Part shown: positions 25,050 through 35,932 of the stretch, piece by piece
Layout: each line of letters begins with the position of its first letter
Position numbering within the stretch: position 1 is the stretch's first letter
Origin: Octopus sinensis
Lineage: Eukaryota
Length of the DNA stretch: 64,000 nucleotides
Assembly (NCBI RefSeq): GCF_006345805.1
Contig: NC_043004.1
Span: 79,236,001-79,300,000 of the forward strand
Reading direction: 5' to 3'
Program-made: the position numbers and the translations under genes
The notes under the pieces: generated by a model
What the model was told of the DNA's origin: nothing
The model's input: only the letters and a program-made list of their open reading frames with translations
Database searches by the model: none

Positions 25050-25540
25050 GGAGGTATTAATTACCCACTGGATGAGGTATATTTTTCCGCCATGGAATGA
25101 CACAGGAGCTTTTCTCGGACTATTCTTTTCGTTCTTTCCGGACTTTTTCCCTTTTTCCCTTTTGCTCGAAATTCGCCCCTTTTTCACTCTATAAAAACTG
25201 GCGCTTAATTCAGTCAGACGACCTTGAGCATTCGTGTAGATCACTCACAGAAGGCAAACCGCTAAGACGAGACCATCTCGAGCATTCAGACAGACCACCA
25301 CTCGAGCAAGAAACGGCTTCAGGCATTCATACACGATGTACCACAGCACTCCTAAAGGACAGAGTGCGGTTCTCTCCTCCCATTCGACGGTTATATTACC
25401 AGCATCTTTCTTCTGTAAACAGCCAATAGAGCAAATCATGTCCAGCAATAAATATGTTAAAAATTAAAAGTTTCACGGGTTGGTTTCATTTAATATACTC
25501 GCAGCCAGGTAGACCACACGACGATCATCTTCAACAATAT
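25050..25540 (+). promoter_or_regulatory. LTR-like or promoter-like segment (TATAAAAA 25190-25197, TCAGTC 25210-25215, AATAAA 25447-25452)
   Basis: Motif order only; no TSD or TG..CA boundaries established. Confidence 0.3.
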
Positions 25541-26619
25541 AACTCACCACAATAAGCATCCCTCTCACGACAAAGGTATTTGGATTAATATCAATGCTAG
25601 TATATTAATCAAAACTCAGTGTGGTGTTTGGTAGGACAAAATGAGAAACATTTTGAAAAGTTTCTTTTCATGACATCGCTATTAAAAATGTGATGAGCAA
25701 CTTCTGCTCCAAACATCTTGCAGTTATTACTTTTTCTTTGGAAAATATCGTACACATGTAATTTCTTATGTAATGAAATCACATCTGCTGATATTCAATA
25801 CTTTCTAAACATTTACGATTTATTTGTTGCCTTTAGGTAAGTCCTAGTATAACGGTATTTTTACTAAGTAGATGGTGGAGTGGCATTCATTTGACATTTA
25901 TTTAAAACGAAAATATGCCAGCAACTAAAATCCAATTATTTCAAAATAAGTCCTTGCTTTTTGTTGGCTGCAAATTCCAATTTGATTTTGGTAAAATTAA
26001 CAATTATTTAAATAAAAGTCAGCAGAATATTACAAGAAAGAATTACCAGAGAAATGGAAGTGTGAAAACAAGAATAGAACTTTTAGCAGACTGGCTTTGA
26101 AAAGTAGTTTTTCTCGCCCCACACATGTTTGTTCCCACAGCTATCAACTTCTTTTTTACAATTATTTTTCTTAAACCCAAGGTCTTATAAGGTCAGTAAA
26201 TGATCAAGATATTACAGTATTCCTCTTGAGCGATTCGTGACAGGATTCAGGGCCTGCAATTTGGAACAAGCGGGCCAAGTGGTTCTTTATTTTATCAACC
26301 TTGAAGAAGATGAAAGGTAAAGTTGATCTCGATAAGATCTGAACTCAGAACATAAAGAGCCGAAAGAAATGCCGATATGCTAACGATTCTGCCAACTCAG
26401 CGTCTTAGTTGCCAACCAACAAGTAATTCAAAAGCGTATTAATTGCATTGATCTCATCGATCTCAGTCGACTTTCGAAAGCTACGGACACGATCTCTTTT
26501 CGTTTTTTTTTTCTTTTTCTTTTCAATATCACAGCACTTGAAAAAGATCCTATGACTTGCATCAAAGAGATTTTGCAGATCATAAATATATATATTTTCT
26601 TTAACCTTGGCTTTATATA

Positions 26620-26768
26620 TATTTCTTTATTGACCACAAGGGGCTAAACATAGAGGGGACAAACAAGGATAGACAAAGGGATTAATTCGATTACATCGAC
26701 CCCCAGTGCGAAACTGGTACTTTATTTATCGACCCCGAAAGGATGAAAGGCAAAGTCGACCTCGGCGG
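26620..26768 (-). mobile_element. 5'-truncated SINE family A with 16-bp TSD; other minus copies at ~24715-24915, 26250-26410, 27655-27880; a plus copy at ~18565-18750
   Basis: ACCTTGGCTTTATATA (26604-26619) and ACCTTAGCTTTATATA (26769-26784). Confidence 0.85.
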
Positions 26769-27005
26769 ACCTTAGCTTTATATAGTGGCGTAGCTAGAAT
26801 GTATGTCGCTGAAGCAGTCCTTGAGTCTATCACCCCCTATATGGATTGTACAGCAGCCCCCAAAGCGCTGTCACCTTAAAACCGTCGCCCGTGGTCGACC
26901 GCCCCTTATCTTTCCGCTCGTTAGCTATAACCAACACAAAATATCAAATATATAGCAATTTAAAACAAAGCTAATTTCACTTTTAATGTTTCCGGTTTCC
27001 TGTAC

Positions 27006-27480
27006 TTACTTGTGGCGACATTCACCCTGGGTGGGTTGAGTCGGCTTCTTCTACCACCCTCGAGGCATCTCGAACCATGGCAGCCCACGCACGACGGTCA
27101 TGCGCCAGTTCACTGGAGATAGCGAGCCAGTCACGGTCCCATCGGCGTAGGCCGAGCACCTGCGGACCCGTGAGCACGGAGAGGTCCTCCTTGATCGTCG
27201 TAGCCCAGGTCTTCAGCTGCCCTCCCGCGCGTTTCCGCCAGTTGGGAAGTGGAGTTGGGAGAAGGACATCACGGCTCAGTTCACCCACCGGACGCCTACA
27301 TGCATGGCCAAACCACCGCAAGCGCTGTTGCAGAAGGACAGATGGAAGGGGCCGCAGAGACAGGCGAAGTCAGAGATTGGCGGTGGGAACTCAATCCACC
27401 CGACGGCAACGAAGAATGCACCAGAGGCAGTTATTGTCGAAGGCTTCCAGCCTTCGTTGATCGACCACCCGCGTAGGCCA
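27006..27480 (-). mobile_element. 5'-truncated RTE-clade LINE (3' end of the RT ORF)
   Basis: ETWPTRVVDQRRLEAFDNNCL...LRWFGHACRRP...WATTIKEDL with in-frame stops; CAAGTAAGTA tail; 12-bp TSD GGTTTCCTGTAC at 26994-27005 and 27481-27492. Confidence 0.9.
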
Positions 27481-28118
27481 GGTTTCCTGTACCATATCGT
27501 TATAAATTATAACTGCTAAATAAGACTGGTTACTCACTAATGAAAATTGTAGTCAACTGTTGGTGGTGTTTAGTGCCCAAATCGGCGATTATTGCTTCAT
27601 TTAATGCCCTATTAACTTTGAGGGATGAGGATTGTTGATAAAATGTAGGTGGTCATTATATCCTTTCTACTATAGAGATAAAGACTGAAATTTTGAGGGA
27701 GGGGGCTAGTCAATTACATCAACCCCCAGTGCTCTACTGATGCATGTTTTATTGACCTCAAAGGGATGAAAGGCAAAGTCGACCTCGACAGAATTTGAAC
27801 TCAGAACGTAAACACAGGAGAATTACCACTAAGCATTTTAGCCAGGAGGGGGGGTAACAATTCTTCCAGTTCGTCGCCTTTATGGTCGTCATTATATCAA
27901 CGTTGCCAATACATAACAGTTGGAAGATAGACTATGTTGAACTGAGAATGACTACATTAATTATAATATACGTTTCCAAACACAACTCGAAGAGATATAT
28001 CTAGATGCGTATATTAAATTAGTTGAATCGAAAAATATACATGTTAATGTGTAATAACTTATAGTTTTTACAGCATAGAAATAATTTAAGAAAATTTCTA
28101 TAAGAGTCCAAAGCAGTA

Positions 28119-28569
28119 TCTATAGCGAGAAGTAATGTCTATCGCTATGGAAGTTCTCTAAGAACAGACGATACTGCTATTTTAACCACGAGAGGACGCG
28201 TCCTCTAGCTGGTTATTCAGTGCGCTCCACACTCGATATATATTGCATGTGGAGAGAGAACTCCCTGTCATCCCAGCTATCGAGACCACCAGACTGCGTG
28301 GTTTCGACCTTATGGTTATCCTCAGTGATGGATATTCGTATGCTAGACATAGCACGTCGATGACCAAAATATAGTCGAAACTGCGCTGCCTGGTGGTCTC
28401 GATTGCTGAAATGACAGGAAGTTCTATACCCGCTTGTAATATATATCGGGTGCGGAGTGCACTGAGTAACCAACAGGAGGAGGCGTTCTCTTGTGGTTAA
28501 AATAGCAGTATCGTCTGTTCTAAGAGAATACTCATGTTTAGATGGCGATAAACATTACTTCTCAATAGA
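28119..28569. mobile_element. Foldback MITE, imperfect ~190-bp arms
   Basis: gagaagtaatgtctatcgc...gtttcgac (28125-28310) mirrored by gtcgaaac...gcgataaacattacttctc (28375-28563). Confidence 0.8.
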
Positions 28570-28719
28570 AATAATATTTTAATTAATTATGTTATAATTG
28601 TTCGTGATTGTTATGGCCATAACAAGTAGAAAAAGTGAGAACACATATCATGGAACTGAGTAACAGAATTCTGTGAAGTGTTTGAAGATGTTCTGCTTGA
28701 CCGGGATTGAACCAGCGAT

Positions 28720-28920
28720 AAAAAAAACACTGACACTCTGTCGGTTACGACGACGCAGGCTCCAGCTGATCTGATCAACGGAGGAGCCTGCTCGTGAAAT
28801 TAACATCCAAGTGGGTGAACACAACACAGACACGTGTACCCTTAACGTAGTTCTCGGGAAGATTCAGCGTCACACAGAATGGAACAAAGCGGGTCCCTTT
28901 GAATTACAGGAACTACTCAT
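28720..28920 (+). mobile_element. Conserved central domain of an old SINE superfamily (family not assigned)
   Basis: tgtcggttacgacgac...gatcaacgga..gcctgctcgtgaaattaac...gacacgtgtacccttaacgtagttctc, recognised as a recurrent metazoan SINE body. Confidence 0.45.
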
Positions 28921-29134
28921 TTTACATATATATATATAAGTAGTTGAATGAATTATCCTAGTATGGATAATTCGGTTAGCCGTTACCCGGGTAGCAAATT
29001 TACGTCAGAAAGCACGGTAGAAGCTACATGCCAAGGGCAGAAATCACGTGCTTCCGTGTGGAAATTTGTGTGTTTTTTTACTATAAATAAATGAAAGAAT
29101 GGAGTTGAACGACGATTTAACAAAATACCTTTAT

Positions 29135-29216
29135 TCTCGACATATGTTTCGAAGACTGCATATTCTTAATTCCGAAGGAATAAAGGGTGCATTATGCCGC
29201 CTTCTCATCAGGAAAG
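29135..29216 (-). ncRNA. Canonical minimal type I hammerhead ribozyme motif
   Basis: CTTTC-CTGATGA-GAAG...CTTC-GAAA-CATATG-TC-GAGAA; palindromic ACATATGT stem III; GUC triplet. Confidence 0.8.
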
Positions 29217-29842
29217 ACAAGGAACTTATGCCAGCATCATGACGAACAAAAACTTTTAGATGACTGCCCACACGGAGTCCATAGTGATAATGAGTGTTTC
29301 TTTAAAATATTCCGTTATAAGCAGTGACGTCAAAATTGGTTGGATGGAGAAGATTCTAAAAAGTTCAAGAGTTCAAAAATGGTTGGAAGGGGAAAGTTCT
29401 AAGAATAGGAGGGTGACAGAGTGCAAGTCGTATGTATGGTGATGCGTTGTTGTTTGCTTTTGCTAATGAGATTGAGTGCCTATGTGTGTGTATGTATATA
29501 ACTGCATTCGTGTCTATCTGTGTGTATGTGTGTGCGTGATTGTGTGGGGGGGGATAAATGCCAAATACATCTAGTGGTGAAGTGACAGGTTTGTGTCTGT
29601 GTGTTTGATTGTGCTTATGATAGAGAGAGGGAGAGAGAGAGGGGGAGAGGGAGAGGGAGAGAGAGGGGGAGAGGGAGAGGGAGAGAGAGAGGGGGTGAGA
29701 GGTAGAGAGACAAAGATAGAACATGCCCCAACGAATTTGGTAGTAGCTCTTCATGTAACGGAGTATAAAAAAATTTGTCTATGGTGTTGTTGTAGAAGTG
29801 GAACCAAATTATTAAATTCAAGGAGGTTATCTATATTAATCA

Positions 29843-31588
29843 TCATTCATATGATTGGAAGGTGTGTTTCTGCCAGTGCATGCACCTATAGGATTTTTCT
29901 ACCATTGTGTTTACTAAAGGGAATTTGGCGAAAAGTATATAGAAAAGCTCGGAATTACAGACGGCACAATATTTTCTGCCCTTATCAAAAGGAAAGGATA
30001 CAGACAATATGGACCATTCCAGCTTGAAAGTTATATTGCTGTCCTTAAGACGCCAAACTAATTTACTTAGTCCTGTACTTTGTTGTTTTCTCATATCTCG
30101 GAAAGTTGAATAATGATTGGAAATCCTCTGGGATAATTTAGAAGTAGTCGCCCCAATATAGAAGAAGACACCGGTACCGGAAGAAACTTTACACAGGTAA
30201 ATGGAATTTCTAATTTTGGAATTACTGGACAAGAACTTTAATCTGTTAGGGTTTACCTCCGAGACTAAGACGGAGTTTTTATTGTTATGATTGCTGTAAA
30301 TATTATTGCTAGCACTGACCACTATACTATTTCTATTATTGTTATTATTATTAATTGTACTATCGCCGGCAATATGCCAGACTATAGAAATGCTGCCGTT
30401 GTTATCATCAATACTACCACTGTTATTAGAAATGCTGTCGTTGTTACCACTAACACTCCCACTGTTAATAATCCGACTAATATTATTATTAATATTACGA
30501 TTGTTAATGCCAACGCTGTTATGAATGCTGCTAATATCAATACAATTTCTATTATTATTATTGTATGTTTGGTTGGAATTGGTAATAATAGTGTTGTAAC
30601 TCCCGGGTGAAGAATCCTTGTTTAGCAGCTTGTTATTATGGGAGGCAATAATTTGCGATAGATTTCTAGTGTTAGAGAATGCAATCCTTACCTTATGCGA
30701 ATTGATAGTAGAGTAATACTTAGAATTCCTGGGAAAGTTCCTAGCCACGGCTTCACGGAACTGCAAAAGAAGGTTTGACTTGATTTGTTTTCCGAAAGGT
30801 ATGACAAACCAGATATAGTTTTTTGTGGACTTAGAATTGTTCAAAGTGTTACCAGTTACATTAAAGGGAATATTTCTGTGCTGGAAAATTGGGGTTGGTT
30901 GCCGATTGCCTCCCCTGGTCCGTAAATTATTTTTCTTAAGTATAGTGGTGCCGACGTTGTTAGAGCTGAAACCATTATTCACACTATTTCTATTGTTATT
31001 AATTTTCTTATCCTGAGAAGCATATATTGGTTTAGAATGGGCCGGGTCGTTATATGATACTTTATCTCTATAACCGGCTTTTGACAAGGCGGCGTTATAA
31101 AATTCCGCTTTCTGTTTAAAGATGTCGACATTAGCAGATAATTTTGACAGTCTTAAAGAAATATTTTTAACTAAATTATCAGTAATAGTTTTGGCATGGT
31201 TACTGAAAATGCTGATATATTTAAGATTAGTAGAAGGCTTATGATAAGGGAAGTATGAATTATTCTGCAGATTTAGGGTAACATCTAAGAAGTTGGCTTT
31301 AGTTAATTCGTCGTCAAAAACTATGCTCAAGCCCATTCTGCTAAAAAATCTAGCTAATCTGTTCTTAATCTTCTGTATCCTATTGTTCGGAGCATTCTGG
31401 AGGTAAAGTAGACAATCGTCTCGATACAGACCGCCACAGATGTCCGGGAATTGGTCAGCCAATTCATAGAGAATATATATATATATCAAGGGTAGGACAG
31501 AAAGAACACAAAAGCGGAAATCTAACAAAAAAACAACATACGGAAAAATGAACGATAACATAACAAGCGGAAAACTGGACAAAGACAA
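29843..31588 (-). CDS. PLE reverse transcriptase (motif 5 onward) + Asn-rich linker + GIY-YIG endonuclease; homology starts near 31480
   Basis: GGLYRDD (31415-31426), ANFLDVTLNL, YISIFSNH, IYLCKV...FFYIGATTSKLSQRISNH, C-x2-C...C-x-H C-terminus; no stop codon in the frame. Confidence 0.9.
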   Translation of the reverse strand: MSLSSFPLVMLSFIFPYVVFLLDFRFCVLSVLPLIYIYILYELADQFPDICGGLYRDDCLLYLQNAPNNRIQKIKNRLARFFSRMGLSIVFDDELTKANFLDVTLNLQNNSYFPYHKPSTNLKYISIFSNHAKTITDNLVKNISLRLSKLSANVDIFKQKAEFYNAALSKAGYRDKVSYNDPAHSKPIYASQDKKINNNRNSVNNGFSSNNVGTTILKKNNLRTRGGNRQPTPIFQHRNIPFNVTGNTLNNSKSTKNYIWFVIPFGKQIKSNLLLQFREAVARNFPRNSKYYSTINSHKVRIAFSNTRNLSQIIASHNNKLLNKDSSPGSYNTIITNSNQTYNNNNRNCIDISSIHNSVGINNRNINNNISRIINSGSVSGNNDSISNNSGSIDDNNGSISIVWHIAGDSTINNNNNNRNSIVVSASNNIYSNHNNKNSVLVSEVNPNRLKFLSSNSKIRNSIYLCKVSSGTGVFFYIGATTSKLSQRISNHYSTFRDMRKQQSTGLSKLVWRLKDSNITFKLEWSILSVSFPFDKGRKYCAVCNSELFYILFAKFPLVNTMVEKSYRCMHWQKHTFQSYE

Positions 31589-31678
31589 GATACATGGACC
31601 ATTCGCAGGAGATTTCCTAGTCAGTCAGCGCCCGGAAAGTCCTAGCAGTTTCGTGCTTTATATATATATATAAATACA

Positions 31679-32042
31679 CTAGCACTATGACCCGACAACG
31701 CCGGGTCATAATGCTAGTGCATGCATATACAGTTGCGTGCATGCGCACATACACGCGAGTACTGTCCAAATCTCCGACCATTCACATACAGCTAGCTGAC
31801 ATTCAATTGGTGTATCAAGTTTCGGGCATTTTGATTGGGGTTTGGATAGAAAATTCACAAAAAAGTCACTTCTATTGATTTTTTAATGGCTTTGAGGGGT
31901 GACTGGGGAAATGTAATGATGTGCACGACTATCCTTGGACGGTTTTAAATGACCATAGAATATGCGAGCCCTCTAACTGAAAAATTCTGGATTTGTATAA
32001 AGGACACACAGACAGACAGACATTTTGCCGTTTATATATATA
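31679..32042 (-). mobile_element. Non-autonomous Helitron A
   Basis: 3' end CTAG|T with long hairpin CTAGCACTATGACCCG/CGGGTCATAATGCTAG; 5' end tatatataaacggcaaaatgtctgtc. Confidence 0.75.
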
Positions 32043-32886
32043 CTAGCAGAATTGCCCGGCGTTGCTCGGGGCTGAATTGCTTGAAAGTACTGTTAATGAT
32101 TGCACTGAATTATGATGATTATTCAGGCAAATATTGATATAAGTTTACGGTGGGAGATAAGGACTTAACGATAAAACGTGTGCCATTGCATTGTTTTGGG
32201 GGAACCAAATTTCTGATGAGCATTATAGGGGCACCAACTTTAAGTTTGAGAAAGTGTGGTGGTAGTCCGGGGTGCTCAAAGGAATTGAGTACCTCTATTG
32301 GATAGTTGATGACGTCCTCTGGGTCAGGAGTTGTATCGATAGACTGATATACATAGACTTCCCCAGGAATGAGTTTTAGCATTTCATCATTAATATGGTG
32401 AACAGTTTTATATCTCGGGGCCAGTATAGCCTTTTTACCAATCCAATCCATATTCTGATAATTAGCTTGTAGATCTGGGAACACTGCATCTCTGAGATCA
32501 GAAGGCGTCTTAACAATGGTACAAATGGAATCGATGGCAATATTACCATTTTCATCCCCTGGTATTTTGCCTTCGCCAAGTGCAAGGAGGGTGTGAGGAA
32601 ATGCTGCTGATGTGATATTACGTCGCATATGAGCACGCATATTGGTGTGAAGTTTGAGAGTTACTTCCCTTTATTAAAAATATGCATTAAAATGGAAAAA
32701 AATGATGGTAAATTATTTGTAAAATCATAGACTCATCGTAGACGCACGCTAATACCCAGAAGGGCTCGATATGAATCACGACTATAAGATACCCGGTTTT
32801 GGTTAAACTGCATTGCAAAATGTGGGAGTAGTTAGGAATCTAAATCGGAGTAGACAGACACACAACCTTTCTTTTATATATAAATA
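32043..32886 (-). mobile_element. Helitron B, deletion derivative retaining part of the PIF1 helicase
   Basis: 3' CCCGAGCAACGCCGGG hairpin + CTAG|T; 5' end shared with copies at 34039-34433 and 57942-58326. Confidence 0.85.
32119..32640 (-). pseudogene. Helitron RepHel PIF1-like helicase fragment (173 aa)
   Basis: AILAPRYKTV, YPIEVLNS...GLPPHFLKLKVGAPIMLIRNL...CNGTRFIVKSL; truncated at both ends. Confidence 0.9.
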
Positions 32887-34038
32887 TTTTCGTCCTAGAA
32901 AACTTTGTATGGATTGAATGGTTACCTCTATGGAAATATATACACGCACATTATACATACATGTGTGTATAGATGAATATATAAATACATTTAAATATCT
33001 ATATACACTTTTGGGCGATCTTTCTTTTTCTTAGAGATAACTTTAGATCTTATATTCGTCCTAAAAACTTTGTATGGAGTGAAAGGTTACCTCTATGGAA
33101 ATATATACACGCACATTATACATACATGTGTGTATAGATGAATATATAAATACATTTAAATATCTATATACACTTTTGGGCGATCTTTCTTTTTCTTAGA
33201 GATAACTTTAGATCTTATTTTCGTCCTAAAAAACTTTGTATGGAGTGAATGGTTACCTCTATGGAAATATATACACACACGTTATACATACATGTGTGCA
33301 TAGATGAATATATAAATACATTTAAATATCTATATACACTTTTGGGCGATCTTTCTGCTACTTGTATATACTTTAGATCTTATATTCGTCCTAAAAAACT
33401 TTGTATGGAGTGAAAGGTTACCGCTATGGAAATATATACACACACATTATACATACATCTGTGTATAGATGAATATATAAATACATTTAAATATCTATAT
33501 ACACTTTTGGGCGATCTTTCTGCTACTTGGATATAGGTCTTATATTCGTCGTAAAAAACTTTCCTGTCACACACTCACGCACACGCACACACACACACAT
33601 CCTCACACACACACACGCACACACACACACACACACACACAGACTCACACACACACGTTAGCTTACAATTTTATTTATATATTTGCGTGTCTATGTGTGT
33701 AAAGAGGAAGTGGGAATGTAGAGTGAAAGAGTCACTCACTACAGAAAGTGAATTACTTTCACTTTATTCGTTGCACACTGTGTGTGTGCGTTTGCGTGTG
33801 CTGTATCCCACACTAAAAGAAGCATTTGACTCATACACCACAATGTGAGTTTTCTCTAAATTTTGCTTAATTGGGGTTGAAATTTTAAAAACTGGACCTG
33901 GCACGACCCGATGCATTCTACTCTTAAAAATGCTAGGTAAATTGTAATTGAAGAAATCCTATATTGTAGATTTCTATAAGATACAAAGGGAGGCAGATAA
34001 AATCTGCCTTTTATAATAAGATGCCTTTTATAATAAGA
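32887..34038 (-). mobile_element. Helitron C, 5' portion with duplicated 17-bp 5' terminus; second copy at 35372-35900
   Basis: 5' TCTTATTATAAAAGGCA at 34005-34021 and 34022-34038; 33514-34021 is ~90% identical to 35372-35900. Confidence 0.65.
32890..33560. repeat. ~165-bp minisatellite, 4 units, inside Helitron C
   Basis: tcgtcc recurs at 32890, 33056, 33221, 33386 and 33546. Confidence 0.95.
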
Positions 34039-34433
34039 CTAGCAGTATCGCCCGGCGTTGCTCGGGTTTGTAAGGGAAATAATTATATAAGCATTTTTAG
34101 AGATGTAAAGTATAATAGCCATCTCAATATGGCTAACCACAAAGGGGGAAGGGTGTTACTGTAGCTTTTTACGTTCTGAGATTTAATAATAAATTTTAGA
34201 GAGTTACTTCCCTTATATATGTCAAAAATGGATTAAAAATGGGAAAAATTGATGGTAAATTTTTTTTTAAATCGTAGACTCATCGTAGACGCGCGCTAAT
34301 ACCCAGACGGTCTCGATATGAATCACGACTATAAGATACCCGGTTTTGGTTAAACTGCACCGCAAAATGTGGGAGTAGTTAGGAATCTAAATCGTAGGAG
34401 ACAGACACACAACCTCACTTTTATATATAAAGA
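34039..34433 (-). mobile_element. Non-autonomous Helitron D, complete
   Basis: A|TCTTTATATATAAAAG 5' end; CCCGAGCAACGCCGGG hairpin + CTAG|T 3' end. Confidence 0.9.
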
Positions 34434-34597
34434 TTTCCTCTATTTACATAATATTGAGGTCTCTTTCTTTCTTTTGTTATCTTACTGTTTTTACCAATAT
34501 ACATATATATATATATATATAAATATATATATAGTTACAGAGATGTACTTGCATAGCAAGTGACTTGATCTGAGATCGTGTGCTGGAACGAAAACAG

Positions 34598-34854
34598 TTG
34601 CAGCGTTGAAGGTGTTTATAAGCCATTTAGAAACACACAAAAACCGTTAGATTCACTTCAACATTTAAATTTAATTTGTCAAAATATTTTCGTCGCTTGA
34701 GACCGCGACCTGTTAGCACGATATTTTTGTCAGTGAACAGGTCGCGGTCTCAAAGCGACGAAAATATTTTGGCAAATTAAATTTAAATGTTGAAGTGAAT
34801 CTAACGGTTTTTGTGTGTTTCTTAAATGGCTTACAAACACCTTCCACGCTGCAA
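34598..34854. repeat. Inverted repeat, ~117-bp arms, 21-bp spacer (probable Penelope-type inverted terminus)
   Basis: 34598-34714 is the reverse complement of 34736-34854. Confidence 0.9.
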
Positions 34855-35490
34855 TATATATATACACACATATATATATATGTATATATGTATGTGTGTA
34901 TATGTGTATGCATGTATGTGTGTGTGCGTGTCTGTGCTTGTGATTGTCCTCCACCACTGCTTGACAACGAATGTTGGTTTGTTTACATCCCTGTCACCTA
35001 GTGGTTTGACAAAGGAAACAGATAGAATAAGTACAATGCTTACAAAAATAAAACTGGAGTTGATTCATTAAACTACAATTCTTCAAGGCATTGCCCCAGC
35101 ATGGCCACAGACCAATGGCTGGAAAAAGCAGAAGAATAAAAGAATACATTCTCTGCTTTGGCCTTATGTTCAAGGCATGAGAAAGCTTGAGTTTACATGA
35201 GAAAGCCTAACAGACCTGGTAGAAACAGCAGCCAAATCTCCCTCAAATCACACCTTACTGTCTTATCTATGTATATATGTATGTATGAGCCTATGAGGGA
35301 AACCCCTACATGGCAGCTAGACATGGTAGAAATAGCAGCCAAATCTCCCTCAAATCACACCTTACTGTCTTATCTTTCTGCTACTTGGATATAGGTCTTA
35401 TATTCGTCGTAAAAAACTTTCCTGTCACACACTCACGCACACACACACACACACACACCCTCACACACACACACACCCTCACACACACAC

Positions 35491-35528
<38 letters not shown>

Positions 35529-35895
35529 ACACGCACGTTAGCTTACAATTTTATTTATATATTTGCGTGTCTATGTGTGGAAAGAGGAAGTGGGAGGCAG
35601 AGTGAAAGAATCACTCACTACAGTAAGTGAAATTACTTTCATTTTATTCGTTGCCCACTGTGTGTGTGCGTTTGCGTGTGGTGTAAACCAGACTAAGAAA
35701 AGCATTTGACACACACACCAGAATGTGAGTTTTCTGTAAATTTTGCTTAATTGGAGTTTAAATTTTAAAAACTGGACCTGGCATGACGCGATGCATTGTA
35801 CTCTTAAAAATGCTAGGTAAATTGTAATTGAAGAAATCCTATATTGTAGATTTCTATAACTCCCAAAGGGAGGCAGATAAAATCTGACTTTTATA

Positions 35896-35932
<37 letters not shown>

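Larger units (their letters stand above)
28930..31665 (-). mobile_element. 5'-truncated Penelope-like retroelement (Naiad-like)
   Basis: RT + GIY-YIG ORF followed on the same strand by a hammerhead-containing terminus. Confidence 0.8.

Noticed and set aside
29843-32640. Adjacent RT, GIY-YIG nuclease and PIF1 helicase as one novel defence or replication system, or a bacterial/phage insertion
   Set aside because: They belong to two separate, well-known eukaryotic elements (Penelope-like and Helitron) with their own termini; adjacency is explained by TE clustering
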